Origin: an uncultured Acidobacteriota bacterium
Lineage (GTDB): Bacteria > Acidobacteriota > Thermoanaerobaculia > Multivoradales > UBA5704
Assembly: GCA_963700145.1 (NCBI GenBank)
Contig: OY969474.1
Location: forward strand, 3,424,001-3,488,000
Direction of reading: 5' to 3'
DNA: 64,000 bases
Position 1 is the stretch's first letter. Every line of letters begins with the position of its first letter. This document shows, one piece after another, positions 8,598 through 18,405 of this stretch. The notes beneath the pieces were generated by a model. That model was not told the DNA's origin, did not search any database, and saw only the letters and a list, made by a program, of their open reading frames with translations. Both the position numbers and the translations under genes were made by a program.

Positions 8598-8957
8598 TCA
8601 GATCCGCTCGGGCTCGAAGACGGTCCGCTCGTCGACGACGTTGCCGGTGTTGAGCGTGTTTGCCGGCTCGAAGAGCAGGAGCTCCACCTCCTCGTCGGCG
8701 CAGGGCCGGTGCTCCACGCCGCGCGGCACGACGACCATCTCCCCCGGCCCGAGCACCAGCGTCCCGTCCCGCAGCTCCATCCGCAGCCGCCCCTTGAGCA
8801 CCAGGAACAGCTCGTCCTCGCGCTCGTGATGGTGCCAGACGAACTCTCCCTGGAGCTTGACGAGCTTCACTTCCTGCCCGTTCAGCTCGGCGACGACCTT
8901 CGGGGTCCAGTGCTCGCGGATGAGGCCCAGCTTTTCGGCGAGGTTGACTTTGTCCAT
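8598..8957 (-). CDS. Cupin domain protein
   Basis: EHWTPKVVAELNG...EFVWHHHEREDELF...GVEHRP. Confidence 0.9.
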   Translation of the reverse strand: MDKVNLAEKLGLIREHWTPKVVAELNGQEVKLVKLQGEFVWHHHEREDELFLVLKGRLRMELRDGTLVLGPGEMVVVPRGVEHRPCADEEVELLLFEPANTLNTGNVVDERTVFEPERI

Positions 8958-9066
8958 GGGGACGATGGTACCGTCCATGGTGCTCTCGTTCGACGCGCCG
9001 CGTTGCGATGAGGGCGGTGCGCCGCCGGCAGAGGTCAGATCTCCGCCGGCGGCCGTTGTTTTTAGG

Positions 9067-9444
9067 TCAGGCCGTGGGCGCCGGCGGCGGCCCTTCCGGC
9101 TTGGGCGGCTCCTCCTTCTTGGCCGACCGCTTGCGGCCGCGCGGCAGGAAGCCGAACTCGCGCAGCGTCTGGCTCTTCGGCCCGAAGTGGCCGCGCAGGG
9201 CGCCGTTGAGCTGGCTCCGCAGGTCGATGCCGCGCTGCTGGGAGACGCGGCGCTTCTCGTTGGTCTCGCGCAGCCGCGCCTCGAAGATCTCCGTCTGCGC
9301 CTCGAGGCCGCGCGCCTCGGCGACCCAGGCCTCGAGGTCGGTCTGCAGGACGGTCATGTGGGGCGCGTCGGGGAGACGCCCCTTGAGGTTGGTGGAGAGC
9401 CCGTCGAGAGCGACGAGCAGCTCGGGGTAAGACTCGTGGGCCAT
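9067..9444 (-). CDS. Small helical/coiled-coil hypothetical protein with basic tail
   Basis: 125 aa; RBS AAAGGAG; GHFGPKSQTLREFG motif then RGRKRSAKK. Confidence 0.8.
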   Translation of the reverse strand: MAHESYPELLVALDGLSTNLKGRLPDAPHMTVLQTDLEAWVAEARGLEAQTEIFEARLRETNEKRRVSQQRGIDLRSQLNGALRGHFGPKSQTLREFGFLPRGRKRSAKKEEPPKPEGPPPAPTA

Positions 9445-9488
9445 GGGAAATTCTCCTTTCCGTCAGCGGTCAATGAACGCCGAGTCGG

Positions 9489-10024
9489 GACACGCTCCCG
9501 ATCGACGGGGGAACGCGGGGAAGAAGGTCCGGAAAACGCAGGTGGACGGCCGGAAAGCTCTCGGGTGTCGGGGGAAAGCGGCGGAACAGCGAAGCAACGT
9601 TCTGCGGGCGCGCCGGAGCGCTCTGCGCTGCGCCGGGAGCACGCCGGCGCTCTGTCGGAGCTCGCCGGCGCTCGGGCGAAGGGTTCTGGCGGTGTGCAGG
9701 AGTTGGCAGCGGCCGTCGCGGACCCCGCCGGGAGTCCGCGAGAGGTCGCGCCCGCTCGGCCAGCCGAGTCGTGCGGTCCGCAGGGGCCGGCGCCGCGTCG
9801 CCCGAAAGTGCCCCACGGACCGCCGGAACGCTCCCGCGGCCGCCGGGAGCATTTCCTCGGCGTCCGGGAGATTTCCCGGCCGGCCAAAGAACGCTCCCGG
9901 CCTCTCTGGGAGAATTTCGGGCAGGGTCGGAAAGGCTCTGGCCGGGCGCGGGAGCTTTTCGTCCTGCGCGGGGAGCGTTCCCGGCGTCGTGGGGAGCTCT
10001 CCGGAGCGCTCAGGGAGCTTTTAG
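9489..10024. repeat. 21-bp-period degenerate tandem array (~26 units; core GGA-N4-TCC-like)
   Basis: Cores in register at 9510, 9531, 9552...9825, 9846, 9867, 9888, 9909, 9930, 9951, 9972, 9993, 10014 (e.g. ggaacgctcc, ggagatttcc, ggagcgttcc, ggagctctcc). Confidence 0.8.
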
Positions 10025-10052
10025 CGTTGACATCGACATCTCATGCGGGCTG

Positions 10053-10081
10053 ATTACAGCCTGTTCCTGGATGTATGTCAA
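10053..10081 (-). promoter_or_regulatory. Candidate sigma70 promoter reading into the 21-bp array
   Basis: TTGACA-17 bp-TGTAAT on minus strand; gttgacat/atgtcaac inverted repeat at 10026/10075. Confidence 0.5.
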
Positions 10082-10145
10082 CCAACCGGGCAGACTTCGG
10101 CTGAAACGCAAGCCTTTGCCGTAGATCTCAGCGAGCGGCAGGCTT

Positions 10146-11297
10146 TTAGCGGCCCAGCAGCCCGGCGAGTACTTCGACGCCGCGCTCGACGACGTCCGGC
10201 GGGGAGGCGGTGAAGCAGAGGCGGGCGTGGGTGGGGTAGGGGCCGAAGCTGGGGCCGGGGGCGAGGAAGAGGCCCTGGTCGGCGCAGTCCTCGAGGAAGC
10301 CGTCGAGGCCGCGGGCGTCGAGGCGGTCGGCGACGTCGAGGAAGAGGAAGGTGCTGCCGGCGGGGGGGTCGACGCCGAGGCGCGCGGCCACGCGGGTGCC
10401 GGTCGCGGCGTACTGGTCGCGCGCCGCCGCGGCCCAGGCGTCTCCGGGGCCGGCGAGGGCGCGGAGCGCCGCGAGCTGCGAGGCGGTGGGCGTCGAGTAG
10501 AAGCTGTGGGTGACGACCTTGCGCAGCTCGCCCATGACGGCGCGCGGCCCGACGACGTAGCCGCAGCGGTTCCCCGCCATGCCGTAGGCCTTGGAGAAGG
10601 AGTGGACGGCGAAGGTGCGCTCGGGCGCCAGCGGCCGGCAGTAGGTGTGCTCGCCCGCGAAGACGTAGTCCTCGTAGACGTCGTCGGAGATGATCCACAG
10701 CCCTTCGCTCGCGGCCCAGGCGACGAGCGCTTCGATCCAGGGGCGCGGGATGAGCAGGCCGGTCGGGTTGCTCGGCGTGTTCCAGTAGATGCCGACGACG
10801 CGCGGCGAGAGGTGGCGGCGCACGACCTCGACCGCCGTCTCCGGCGAGTCGGCGGCGCCGAAGAAGGGGACCTCGACCGGGACGCCCTTGAAGGAGCGCA
10901 CGATGCCCGAGATGAGCGGCCAGTGCGGCGCCAGCAGTAGCACCTCCTCGCCCGGCTCGAGGATGGCGCCCGCCACCGCCGCCAAGGCGCCGGTGGCGCC
11001 GGCGGCGATCAGCAGGTCGTCGCGCTCGGTCGCGGCGCCGGTGCGCGCCCGCTGCCGGTCGGCGACGGCGTCGAGGAGCTGCGGGATCCCCTGCGGCGCC
11101 GCGTAGCGGTGCATGCCGGGGTGGTCGGCGACCTTGAGGTCCTCCATCCGGCAGCCCTCGGCCGGCTCCATCCAGGTGTCGCCGACGTGGAGCGGGAAGA
11201 CCTCGCCGCGGTAGCGCGCGGCGCGGTCGGCCAAGGCTGAATACACGGCGCCGGGGATCTCGGCGACCGCGGCGGCGGTGTGGGGCGGGCGCGGCAT
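10146..11297 (-). CDS. PLP-dependent aminotransferase class I/II
   Basis: NTPSNPTG, SDDVY, SFSKAYGMAGNRCG motifs. Confidence 0.9.
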   Translation of the reverse strand: MPRPPHTAAAVAEIPGAVYSALADRAARYRGEVFPLHVGDTWMEPAEGCRMEDLKVADHPGMHRYAAPQGIPQLLDAVADRQRARTGAATERDDLLIAAGATGALAAVAGAILEPGEEVLLLAPHWPLISGIVRSFKGVPVEVPFFGAADSPETAVEVVRRHLSPRVVGIYWNTPSNPTGLLIPRPWIEALVAWAASEGLWIISDDVYEDYVFAGEHTYCRPLAPERTFAVHSFSKAYGMAGNRCGYVVGPRAVMGELRKVVTHSFYSTPTASQLAALRALAGPGDAWAAAARDQYAATGTRVAARLGVDPPAGSTFLFLDVADRLDARGLDGFLEDCADQGLFLAPGPSFGPYPTHARLCFTASPPDVVERGVEVLAGLLGR

Positions 11298-11299
11298 GG

Positions 11300-11689
11300 C
11301 TAGAAGGGGAGGGTACCGGTCGCGAGGCGCCCGAGCCAGATCGCGGCGAGGGCCGCGAGGTTGGCGCCGAGGAGGGGAGGCAGCCACCCCGGCCAGCCGG
11401 GCAGCGGCCGCACGAGGGAGGCGCCCCACGCCAGCCAGACGAGCCCCAGCTGGGCGGCCACGACCGGCGACCAGGGGTGGAGCGCGAGCGCGCCGTGCCA
11501 GTCGCCGCGCGCCAGGTGGGCGAGGGCCCGGGTCATGCCGCAGCCCGGGCAGGGAAGGTTGAAGGAGCGGCGCAGGAAGCAGAAGACCGGCAGGCCGCCG
11601 CCCACCGGCGTCCAGTGGGCGAGGAGGAGGGCGCCGAGCACGCCGGCCAGCCCGGCCGCCCCCCAGGCCAATGCCTTCCCCGCCGTCAC
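11300..11689 (-). CDS. DUF2752 membrane protein
   Basis: C...PCPGCGMTRA motif plus TM helices. Confidence 0.85.
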   Translation of the reverse strand: MTAGKALAWGAAGLAGVLGALLLAHWTPVGGGLPVFCFLRRSFNLPCPGCGMTRALAHLARGDWHGALALHPWSPVVAAQLGLVWLAWGASLVRPLPGWPGWLPPLLGANLAALAAIWLGRLATGTLPF

Positions 11690-11702
11690 GGCACGCCTCG
11701 GC

Positions 11703-11996
11703 TCAGTTCATCCCCTCGAGGATGCCGCCGACGATCGCCATGCCGCCCATGGCGAAGATCCAGAAGAGGCTGAACACCAGGAGCACGGTGCCGATGATCC
11801 CCAGGATCACGCCGGCGGTCGCGAACCCCTGGCCGGCGGCCGGCGACCGCCCCTCGCGGATCGAGCGCTGCTCCTGGTTGCCGAGATACCAGGCGACGGG
11901 CCCCAGGATCTGGCAGCAGACGAAGCTCAGGATGCCCAGGACGAGGGCGGTGACGGCTTGGCTGCTCGGCTTGTCGGGCGCTGCGGTCGTCGCCAT
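11703..11996 (-). CDS. DUF4190 membrane protein
   Basis: AVTALVLGILS...G.G.ATAGVILGIIG. Confidence 0.85.
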   Translation of the reverse strand: MATTAAPDKPSSQAVTALVLGILSFVCCQILGPVAWYLGNQEQRSIREGRSPAAGQGFATAGVILGIIGTVLLVFSLFWIFAMGGMAIVGGILEGMN

Positions 11997-12009
11997 CGCG
12001 CTCTCCTAG

Positions 12010-12441
12010 TTAAAACTTGTCGGCGAGCTGGCTGATGCCCGGGATGATGAAGCGCTGGCCGTTGATCCCCTTGATGATGCAGAGGACGTGGATGACGATC
12101 GCCGCGAGCCCGACGATCGAGCTCGGCCCGGCCCAGAGGCAGCCCAGGCAGCCGCTCGGATCGGCGAAGCCGATGACGTTGGAGAGCAGCGACAGCACGA
12201 TCGAGACGACGATCCAGAAGCCCAGCAGCACGAGCCCGTGCTTGGCGTGCCACTGCACCTCGCGGTCCTCCTTCTCGGAGATCAGCGGGATGAGCGCCAG
12301 GATCCCCAAGTAGGAGAGGATGATCATCAGGCTGCGGTTGGGGCTCACCGTGCCGCCTCCGGCGGGCGGCGGCGTGTACGGCGGCGGCGGGGGCGGTGAG
12401 TACGGCGGGGGCGGGGTGGGCGGAACCGGCGGTTCGGTCAT
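12010..12441 (-). CDS. DUF4870-like membrane protein with Pro-rich N-terminus
   Basis: LSYLGILALIP...VQWHAKHGL; three TM segments; RBS aggaggagg. Confidence 0.8.
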   Translation of the reverse strand: MTEPPVPPTPPPPYSPPPPPPYTPPPAGGGTVSPNRSLMIILSYLGILALIPLISEKEDREVQWHAKHGLVLLGFWIVVSIVLSLLSNVIGFADPSGCLGCLWAGPSSIVGLAAIVIHVLCIIKGINGQRFIIPGISQLADKF

Positions 12442-12495
12442 AGCGGCCTCCTCCTTTCCGTCCTGCGGTCGGGGGTGGATGCGACGGGCCGGAGT

Positions 12496-13632
12496 CTAGC
12501 AGTCGCGCGCGGGGGCGGCGAGGACGCGCTCGTAGATCGCGCGGTAGCGGGCGACGATGGCGTCCTGCGCGAAGACCTCGACCGCGCGCCGGCGGCCGGC
12601 GGCGCCGAAGGCGCGGCGCAGCGGCTCGTCGCGCAGCAGGCGCAGCGTCGCCTCCGCCATGCACTCGACGTCGCCCATCGGGCAGAGGTAGCCGCACTCG
12701 CCGTCCACCACCACCTCCGGGACGCCGCCGACCGCGGTCGCCACGACCGGCACCTCGCAGGCCAGCGCCTCGAGGGCCGCGAGGCCGAACGACTCGCTCT
12801 CCGACGGCAGCAGGAAGACGTCGGCGCCGACCAGCACCTCCTCGATGACCGGGAGGCTGCCGACGAAGGCGATCGAGTCGCAGATGCAGTGCTGGCGGCA
12901 GAGCTGCTCGACCTTGGCGCGGTCGGGGCCGTCGCCGACCATGAGGAGTCGCGCCGGCACCTCGCGCCGCACGCGGCGGAAGACCTCGACCACGTCCTGC
13001 ACCCGCTTGACCGGGCGGAAGTTGGAGACGTGGACCAGGACGTGCTCGCCGGGCTGCGCCCAGCGGCGGGCGCCGGGGCTGTCGCGCACCGCCTCGTAGC
13101 GCGCGGGGTCGATGAAGTTGGGCACGACGTCGATGCCGTTGCGGATGCCCAGCCGGTCGATGGTCACCCGCCGCAGGTCCTCGGAGACCGCGGTCACGGC
13201 GTCGCTCTGCTCGATGCCGAAGCGCGTGGTCTCGACGTAGTTGGGGTCGTTGCCGACGAGCGTGATGTCGGTGCCGTGGAGGGTGGTGACGACCGGCAGC
13301 GGCTGCGGCGCCACGATCTGCCGCGCCAGGACCGCGGAGACGGCGTTAGGGACGGCGTAGTGAACGTGGAGGAGGTCGAGGCGCTGGTGGCGCGTCACCT
13401 CGACCATCTTGGTGGCCAGCGCCAGCGAGTACGGCGGGTACTCGAAGAGCGGGTAGTGCGGCACCACGACCTCGTGGAAGAAAAGGCGCGGGCTGGGCAG
13501 GGCGAGGCGGGTCGGCAGCGCGTAGCTGATGACATGGGCTTCGTCGCCGCCTTCGGCGAGCGCCATCGCAAGCTCGGTCGCCACCACACCCGAGCCGCCG
13601 TAGGTGGGATAGCAGCTGATGCCGACCTTCAC
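12496..13632 (-). CDS. bshA: N-acetyl-alpha-D-glucosaminyl L-malate synthase
   Basis: MKVGISCYPTYGGSGVVATEL, LHVHYAVP, TTLHGTDITLVG, SNFRPVKR. Confidence 0.95.
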   Translation of the reverse strand: MKVGISCYPTYGGSGVVATELAMALAEGGDEAHVISYALPTRLALPSPRLFFHEVVVPHYPLFEYPPYSLALATKMVEVTRHQRLDLLHVHYAVPNAVSAVLARQIVAPQPLPVVTTLHGTDITLVGNDPNYVETTRFGIEQSDAVTAVSEDLRRVTIDRLGIRNGIDVVPNFIDPARYEAVRDSPGARRWAQPGEHVLVHVSNFRPVKRVQDVVEVFRRVRREVPARLLMVGDGPDRAKVEQLCRQHCICDSIAFVGSLPVIEEVLVGADVFLLPSESESFGLAALEALACEVPVVATAVGGVPEVVVDGECGYLCPMGDVECMAEATLRLLRDEPLRRAFGAAGRRRAVEVFAQDAIVARYRAIYERVLAAPARDC

Positions 13633-14369
13633 CGCACGCCTCCGGGGAGGACGGCGAAGAGGTCGGAGACCGCGAGCGGGTAGCGGGCGCCGAACGGCTC
13701 GCCCAGCTCGGCGCCGATCAACGCGCCGAAGTGCCGCGCCCGCCCTTCGATCATCTTCCAGAACTCGCGCGTCGAGACCTTGGTGACCGGGGCGCCGGCG
13801 CCGCCGCCGTCCTCCTTATCGTCCTGGTAGAGCTGCGTGCGGTAGGCGCGGAGGGCGGCGAGCTTGGTCTCCCAGGTCGCGGTGACGTCGACGACGAAGC
13901 TGGGCGGGAAGTCGTCGTGCTGCATGAAGGAGTAAACGGCCGCCGGGCGGTGAGGTTTCGCGTCCCGCGGCGCGCGCGCCGCCAAGCCGGCGTAGAAGCA
14001 GGCGGCGGCCACCAGCGCGTGGGCGCGCGGGTGGTCGGGGTGGCGGTCGACGGGCGTCGGGCCGAGGACGATCTCCGGGCGCAACCGGCGGAGGACGGCG
14101 ATCAGCGCCTCTTCCTCGGCCGGGCCGGTGCGGAAGGCGCCGTCGCCGCAGTCGAGGAAGACGAGCTCGGCGGCGCCGAGGGCAGCAGCCGCGGCCTCCG
14201 CCTCCTGCCGCCGCCCCTGCTCCGTGCCGCGGCTGCCGGCCTCGCCGCGCGTCAGGTGGACGATGCCGACGCGCCGCCCCTGCCGCGCCAGCAGGGCCAG
14301 CGTGCCGCCGCAGCCAAGCTCGACGTCGTCGGGGTGGGCGCCGATCGCCAGGACGTCGACGCGGCTCAC
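13629..14369 (-). CDS. bshB1: Bacillithiol biosynthesis deacetylase
   Basis: GAHPDDVELGCGG, DRHPDH; between bshC and bshA with GTGA overlaps. Confidence 0.9.
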   Translation of the reverse strand: MSRVDVLAIGAHPDDVELGCGGTLALLARQGRRVGIVHLTRGEAGSRGTEQGRRQEAEAAAAALGAAELVFLDCGDGAFRTGPAEEEALIAVLRRLRPEIVLGPTPVDRHPDHPRAHALVAAACFYAGLAARAPRDAKPHRPAAVYSFMQHDDFPPSFVVDVTATWETKLAALRAYRTQLYQDDKEDGGGAGAPVTKVSTREFWKMIEGRARHFGALIGAELGEPFGARYPLAVSDLFAVLPGGVR

Positions 14370-16027
14370 GGCGCGCCCTCCGCTTCCGGCACGACGACCT
14401 GCAAGGTCTCCGGGTCGAGCTCCAGCTGCTCGCAGAGCGCCGCCGCGAAGGCGTCGCCGTACTTGCCGGGGAAGTGGGCCGACGAGATCACGCGCTCCTG
14501 AAGCTTGCCGCCGGGAAAGACCGCCTCGCGGAGCTGCTCGACGCGGCGCTGGCGCACCTCGTTCCGCCGCGCGGCGGCGGCCACCGCGCGGGCGGCCAGG
14601 AGCTCGAGGCCCTTCGTCACCTGCTCGCGCGTCTTGGCGTAGGGCCGCTCGAGGTCCGGGTCGAGGGCGAGGAGCGGCCCGCGCAAATCGTCGAGGACCT
14701 CGGCGATCCGCCGGCGCGCGTCGGCGGTGACGTCGCCGCCGGCGTCCTCGGCCAGCCGCCCTTCGAGCGCCTCCGGCGGGCCGAGGAGGTCGGCGAGCGT
14801 CAGCCCCTCCTCCTCCAGGCGCTCCACCTGGCGGGGCTCGAGGACCACCGCCTGCGGCCGCAAGGCGACGGCGGGGGGCTCGACCTCCAGCACCTCGTAG
14901 AGGCCGGTCGACTGCGTGAGGTAGGAGAGCTCGGCCGGGCCGAGGACCTGGAGCGCGGTGCCGAGGACCGCGTCCTGCACGATCGGGCGGGCGCTGACGC
15001 CGGGGCTCACCGCGCCGGGGTTCTCCTCGATCGTGCGCCGCAGCTCGTTGACGGGGAGCGGGTCGGCGCCGGGGACGCCGCGCAGCCGGAAGCCGTCGCC
15101 GTGCCATTCGACGCGCCGGCGCCCCTCGCGGCCGATCAAGAAGAACGGCGCCTCGCCCGGGCGCGAGGCGACCTGGAGGGGATGGCCGCGCTCGGCGATC
15201 GCCGCGTCGGCGCGCGCCAGGGCCGCCTCGACCTCGACCCGCCGATCGACCAGGCGGCTGAGGACCGGGCGCTGCGCCTCCTTGAGGCCGGGCAGCATGG
15301 CGTCGAGGAGGAGTGGACAGCGCGGGCCGAGGAGGTGGGCGAGGAGGCGGCAGAAGGCCTCGCCGAAGCGGGCTTCGGGGCGGTACCAGCGGCCGAGGGC
15401 GGCGAGCCAGGCGGCGTAGCGCTCGCCCGGGATCGCCTCGCTGAGCGCCGCGAGGACCGACGCGACCTCCGGCCCCAGCGTCCGCATGCCGACCGGCTGC
15501 AGCGGCTCGGGGTCGGGGCCGAGGTCGAAGACGCGCGTCCCCTGCGGCGTCGGGAAGGCGGCGCGGGACACCTCCTGCCAGTCGTGGTCCTCGCTCGCCA
15601 CCCAGAAGACCGCCACCGCCGGCTCGCCCTGCGCCTCCAGCGCCGCCGCCCAGCGGGTCAGCGCCACCGCCTTGGTCAGGGTGAGGAGCGGGCCGCCGAA
15701 GAGGCCCGGCTGCTGGCCGCCGACGACGACGCGGGTGGCCGGGTCGGCGAGCCGGGCGGCCAGGCGGTCGGCCTCCGGGTGGCCGTAGGCGCGGTTGGCG
15801 AAGGCGAGGGTGTCGGCGAGGGCGCGACGGGCCGCGGCCGCCGCCGCGGTCGGTCGCGGGGGGAGCGGCGGCGGCGCTCCGGGGCGCGCCAGCTTGAGCG
15901 GGGCGAGGAGGTCGAGATCGCGGCCGGCCAGGAAGGCCCGCGGCAGCGGCGGCAGCAGCCCCGCCGCCTCCAGCTCGACGCGCAGCGCCGCCGGCCGGCG
16001 GCTGGGCGAGGGCGACGGGGCGGCCAC
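14366..16027 (-). CDS. bshC: Bacillithiol biosynthesis cysteine-adding enzyme
   Basis: GGQQPGLFGGPL, FWVASEDHD, GPAELSY, LQER motifs. Confidence 0.9.
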   Translation of the reverse strand: MAAPSPSPSRRPAALRVELEAAGLLPPLPRAFLAGRDLDLLAPLKLARPGAPPPLPPRPTAAAAAARRALADTLAFANRAYGHPEADRLAARLADPATRVVVGGQQPGLFGGPLLTLTKAVALTRWAAALEAQGEPAVAVFWVASEDHDWQEVSRAAFPTPQGTRVFDLGPDPEPLQPVGMRTLGPEVASVLAALSEAIPGERYAAWLAALGRWYRPEARFGEAFCRLLAHLLGPRCPLLLDAMLPGLKEAQRPVLSRLVDRRVEVEAALARADAAIAERGHPLQVASRPGEAPFFLIGREGRRRVEWHGDGFRLRGVPGADPLPVNELRRTIEENPGAVSPGVSARPIVQDAVLGTALQVLGPAELSYLTQSTGLYEVLEVEPPAVALRPQAVVLEPRQVERLEEEGLTLADLLGPPEALEGRLAEDAGGDVTADARRRIAEVLDDLRGPLLALDPDLERPYAKTREQVTKGLELLAARAVAAAARRNEVRQRRVEQLREAVFPGGKLQERVISSAHFPGKYGDAFAAALCEQLELDPETLQVVVPEAEGAP

Positions 16028-16094
16028 GGCGGCGGGATGATATACCCCGGTGTCGCGCCCTCCGGGCGTATGCTCAGAGGGCGAGGAGGGCGGC

Positions 16095-16385
16095 GTGGCG
16101 ACGACGACAGCGCGCGGCACGGGCAAGGGAGCGGCGGCCGCCGCGGCCTTCGCGGCGGTCCTGCTGCATACCCTGACGGCGCTCTGGGTGTGGCACTCCT
16201 GGGGCTACTTCGGGCGCGCCAACGTGCTGGTCTGGACCGACTTCCCGGCTTCGCTCCTCTTCCTCGACCTCTCCGACCAGCGCTTCCTGACCGCGAGCCT
16301 GCTGCTGGGCGGCCTGCAGTGGGGGATCATCGGCATGCTGCTGGCGAAGCTGGTCGGGCGGTCGTCGCGCAGGAAATCCCTTTAA
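16095..16385 (+). CDS. Small membrane protein
   Basis: TATGCT -10, RBS gaggag, GTG; two to three hydrophobic helices. Confidence 0.6.
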   Translation: MATTTARGTGKGAAAAAAFAAVLLHTLTALWVWHSWGYFGRANVLVWTDFPASLLFLDLSDQRFLTASLLLGGLQWGIIGMLLAKLVGRSSRRKSL

Positions 16386-16445
16386 GAGGTTGATCGGAGC
16401 CCGGCGCGAAAGCTTTCGCGCCTAGGCTTGGTTACAATCCCTGCG

Positions 16446-17429
16446 ATGCTGAAGCTCGGGCCCGTGGCGGTCGATCCGCCCCTGTTCCTCGCGCCGATGG
16501 CCGGGGTCACCGACCGCGACTTCCGCCTGATCGTGCGGCGGATCGGCGGGGTCGGTGTCGTGGCGATGGAGTTCATCTCCTCGAAGGCGATCGTCCACGG
16601 CAACAAGAAGACCCGCGAGCTGATGTTCTTCAGCGACGAGGAGCGCCCGCTGGCGATCCAGATCTACGGCTCCGACGCGGCGACGATGGCCGAGGCGGCG
16701 CGGGTCGTCGAGGAGCTGGGCGCCGACGTCTGCGACATCAACATGGGCTGCCCGGCCAACAAGGTGCTCAAGGGGTGCGCCGGGGCGGCGCTGATGGGCG
16801 ACCTCGACCTGGCGCGGCGGATCGTGCGCGACGTGCGGCGGGCGATCACGATCCCGCTCACCGTCAAGTTCCGGCTCGGCCTCGACGACGGGCGGCGCAA
16901 CTACCTCGAGCTCGGCCGGGTCTGCGAGGCCGAGGGCGCCGCCGCGGTGGCGATGCACGCGCGCACGGCGCGGCAGATGTTCGACGGCGAGGCCGACTGG
17001 ACGCACCTGGCGCGCCTCAAGGCGACGCTCGGGATCCCGGTCATCGGCAACGGCGACGTGCGCGAGCCGGAGGACGCCCTGCGCATGCTCGCCGAGACCG
17101 GCTGCGACGGCGTGATGATCGGCCGCGGCGCGACGCGCAACCCCTGGCTCTTCCGCCAGATCGCGGCGCGCCTGTCGGGCGGCCGGATCAGCGAGCCGAC
17201 CCTGGCCGACCGGCGCGAGCTGATCCTCGCCCATTTCCGCATGGTGGCGGCGCGCGAGCCCTCGACCTATGCCCTCCACAAGCTGCGCAAGTTCACCGGC
17301 TGGTACACCCACGGCCTGCCGCACGGCCGCCAGCTCCGCCAGGCGATCAACCAGCTCCCCGACGTGCCGAGCTTCCTCGCCGCGGTCGAGCAGTTCTTCG
17401 ACGGCCTGCCGCTCGAGCAGGCGGCCTAA
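16446..17429 (+). CDS. dusB: tRNA-dihydrouridine synthase
   Basis: LAPMAGVTD, DINMGCP, TVKFRLG, HART, GNGDV. Confidence 0.92.
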   Translation: MLKLGPVAVDPPLFLAPMAGVTDRDFRLIVRRIGGVGVVAMEFISSKAIVHGNKKTRELMFFSDEERPLAIQIYGSDAATMAEAARVVEELGADVCDINMGCPANKVLKGCAGAALMGDLDLARRIVRDVRRAITIPLTVKFRLGLDDGRRNYLELGRVCEAEGAAAVAMHARTARQMFDGEADWTHLARLKATLGIPVIGNGDVREPEDALRMLAETGCDGVMIGRGATRNPWLFRQIAARLSGGRISEPTLADRRELILAHFRMVAAREPSTYALHKLRKFTGWYTHGLPHGRQLRQAINQLPDVPSFLAAVEQFFDGLPLEQAA

Positions 17430-17445
17430 AGGCCGCTTCCCGCGG

Positions 17446-17907
17446 ATGCCGGAGCCGCAGCGCGAGCACGCGGTCGGGCTGGCGCTCGGTCGCGAGCGGG
17501 CGCTCGCCGCCCTGGCGCGGACGGCGGAGGCCTGGGGTGCCGAGTTCGAGCCGGCCGGCGACGGCGGGCAGCTGACGATGCCGGTCACCGCCGGGCTGCG
17601 GCGCGGCTGGGCGCGCGGCCGGGTGCGGGTGGAAAGGGACGGGGAGGGCTCGCGGGTGGCGCTGGCGGTCGAGGAGAGCGAGTACCGGCTGCAGACGGCG
17701 GCGGTCGTGGTGCTGCTGCTGTCGCTGGCGGGCGCGGTCGTGGCGGTCCTCTGGCCCATCTTCCCGGGCCTCCTTGCCTTGGCGCCGCTCGGGCTGGCGC
17801 TGGCCGTCGGCGGGTGGCTGCTGGTCGTCTCGCGGCTCACCACGAGCGGTCCGGAGGAGTTTCTGGCGCAGCTCGCCGCCGAGGCGGAGGGGAATCCGCC
17901 GGCCTAG
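17446..17907 (+). CDS. Membrane protein, two C-terminal TM helices
   Basis: ORF following dusB; hydrophobic C-terminal hairpin. Confidence 0.65.
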   Translation: MPEPQREHAVGLALGRERALAALARTAEAWGAEFEPAGDGGQLTMPVTAGLRRGWARGRVRVERDGEGSRVALAVEESEYRLQTAAVVVLLLSLAGAVVAVLWPIFPGLLALAPLGLALAVGGWLLVVSRLTTSGPEEFLAQLAAEAEGNPPA

Positions 17908-17943
17908 CCGGGGGTTATACTCCGAGCGGTTCTTTCACAACTG

Positions 17944-18301
17944 GGGGGCGTACCGGTTTCGACGGGGAACAAGAGCGGTCCGGCGACCGCGTGCCGAGTT
18001 TCTGCTCGTTAAAACGGAATCTAGTAACTGCGAACGACAACTTCGCTCTCGCGGCCTAAGAACTAGGACGTGACGTCCCGCTTGAGGCTCGGTCCGTGGC
18101 CTCTCGCGGGGCGCAACTTCAGCGGACCAAGGAGGTCACGGCTGCCTCGCGTGGACCTCCGAGATAAAGCGAGGCTGGCCGCCACGCCAGGCGCCTTCGC
18201 CCATCAACGTGGCCGGCGAGATTCGAAAGCGAAGGCTACGCACGTATACGCCGCCGGGACGCGTTTCTCGGACGTGGGTTCGACTCCCACCGCCTCCACC
18301 A
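17944..18301 (+). ncRNA. ssrA: tmRNA, tag peptide (A)NDNFALAA
   Basis: GGGGGCG 5' acceptor, GGTTCGACTCCC...CGCCTCCACCA 3' end, tag ORF 18030-18059, TATACT -10 at 17916. Confidence 0.97.
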
Positions 18302-18405
18302 TTACCTGGATAAACCACCAAAACTAAAGACTACGGGCCCTGCCGTGGAAGGCGGGTGCCCGCCATGGCTTGACCGGACACGTTGAGCCGTAAATACTGC
18401 CCGCG

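Noticed and set aside
8857-10053. 398-aa plus-strand ORF across the 21-bp array
   Set aside because: Overlaps two better-supported minus-strand genes and lacks an RBS; heptad pattern noted under findings
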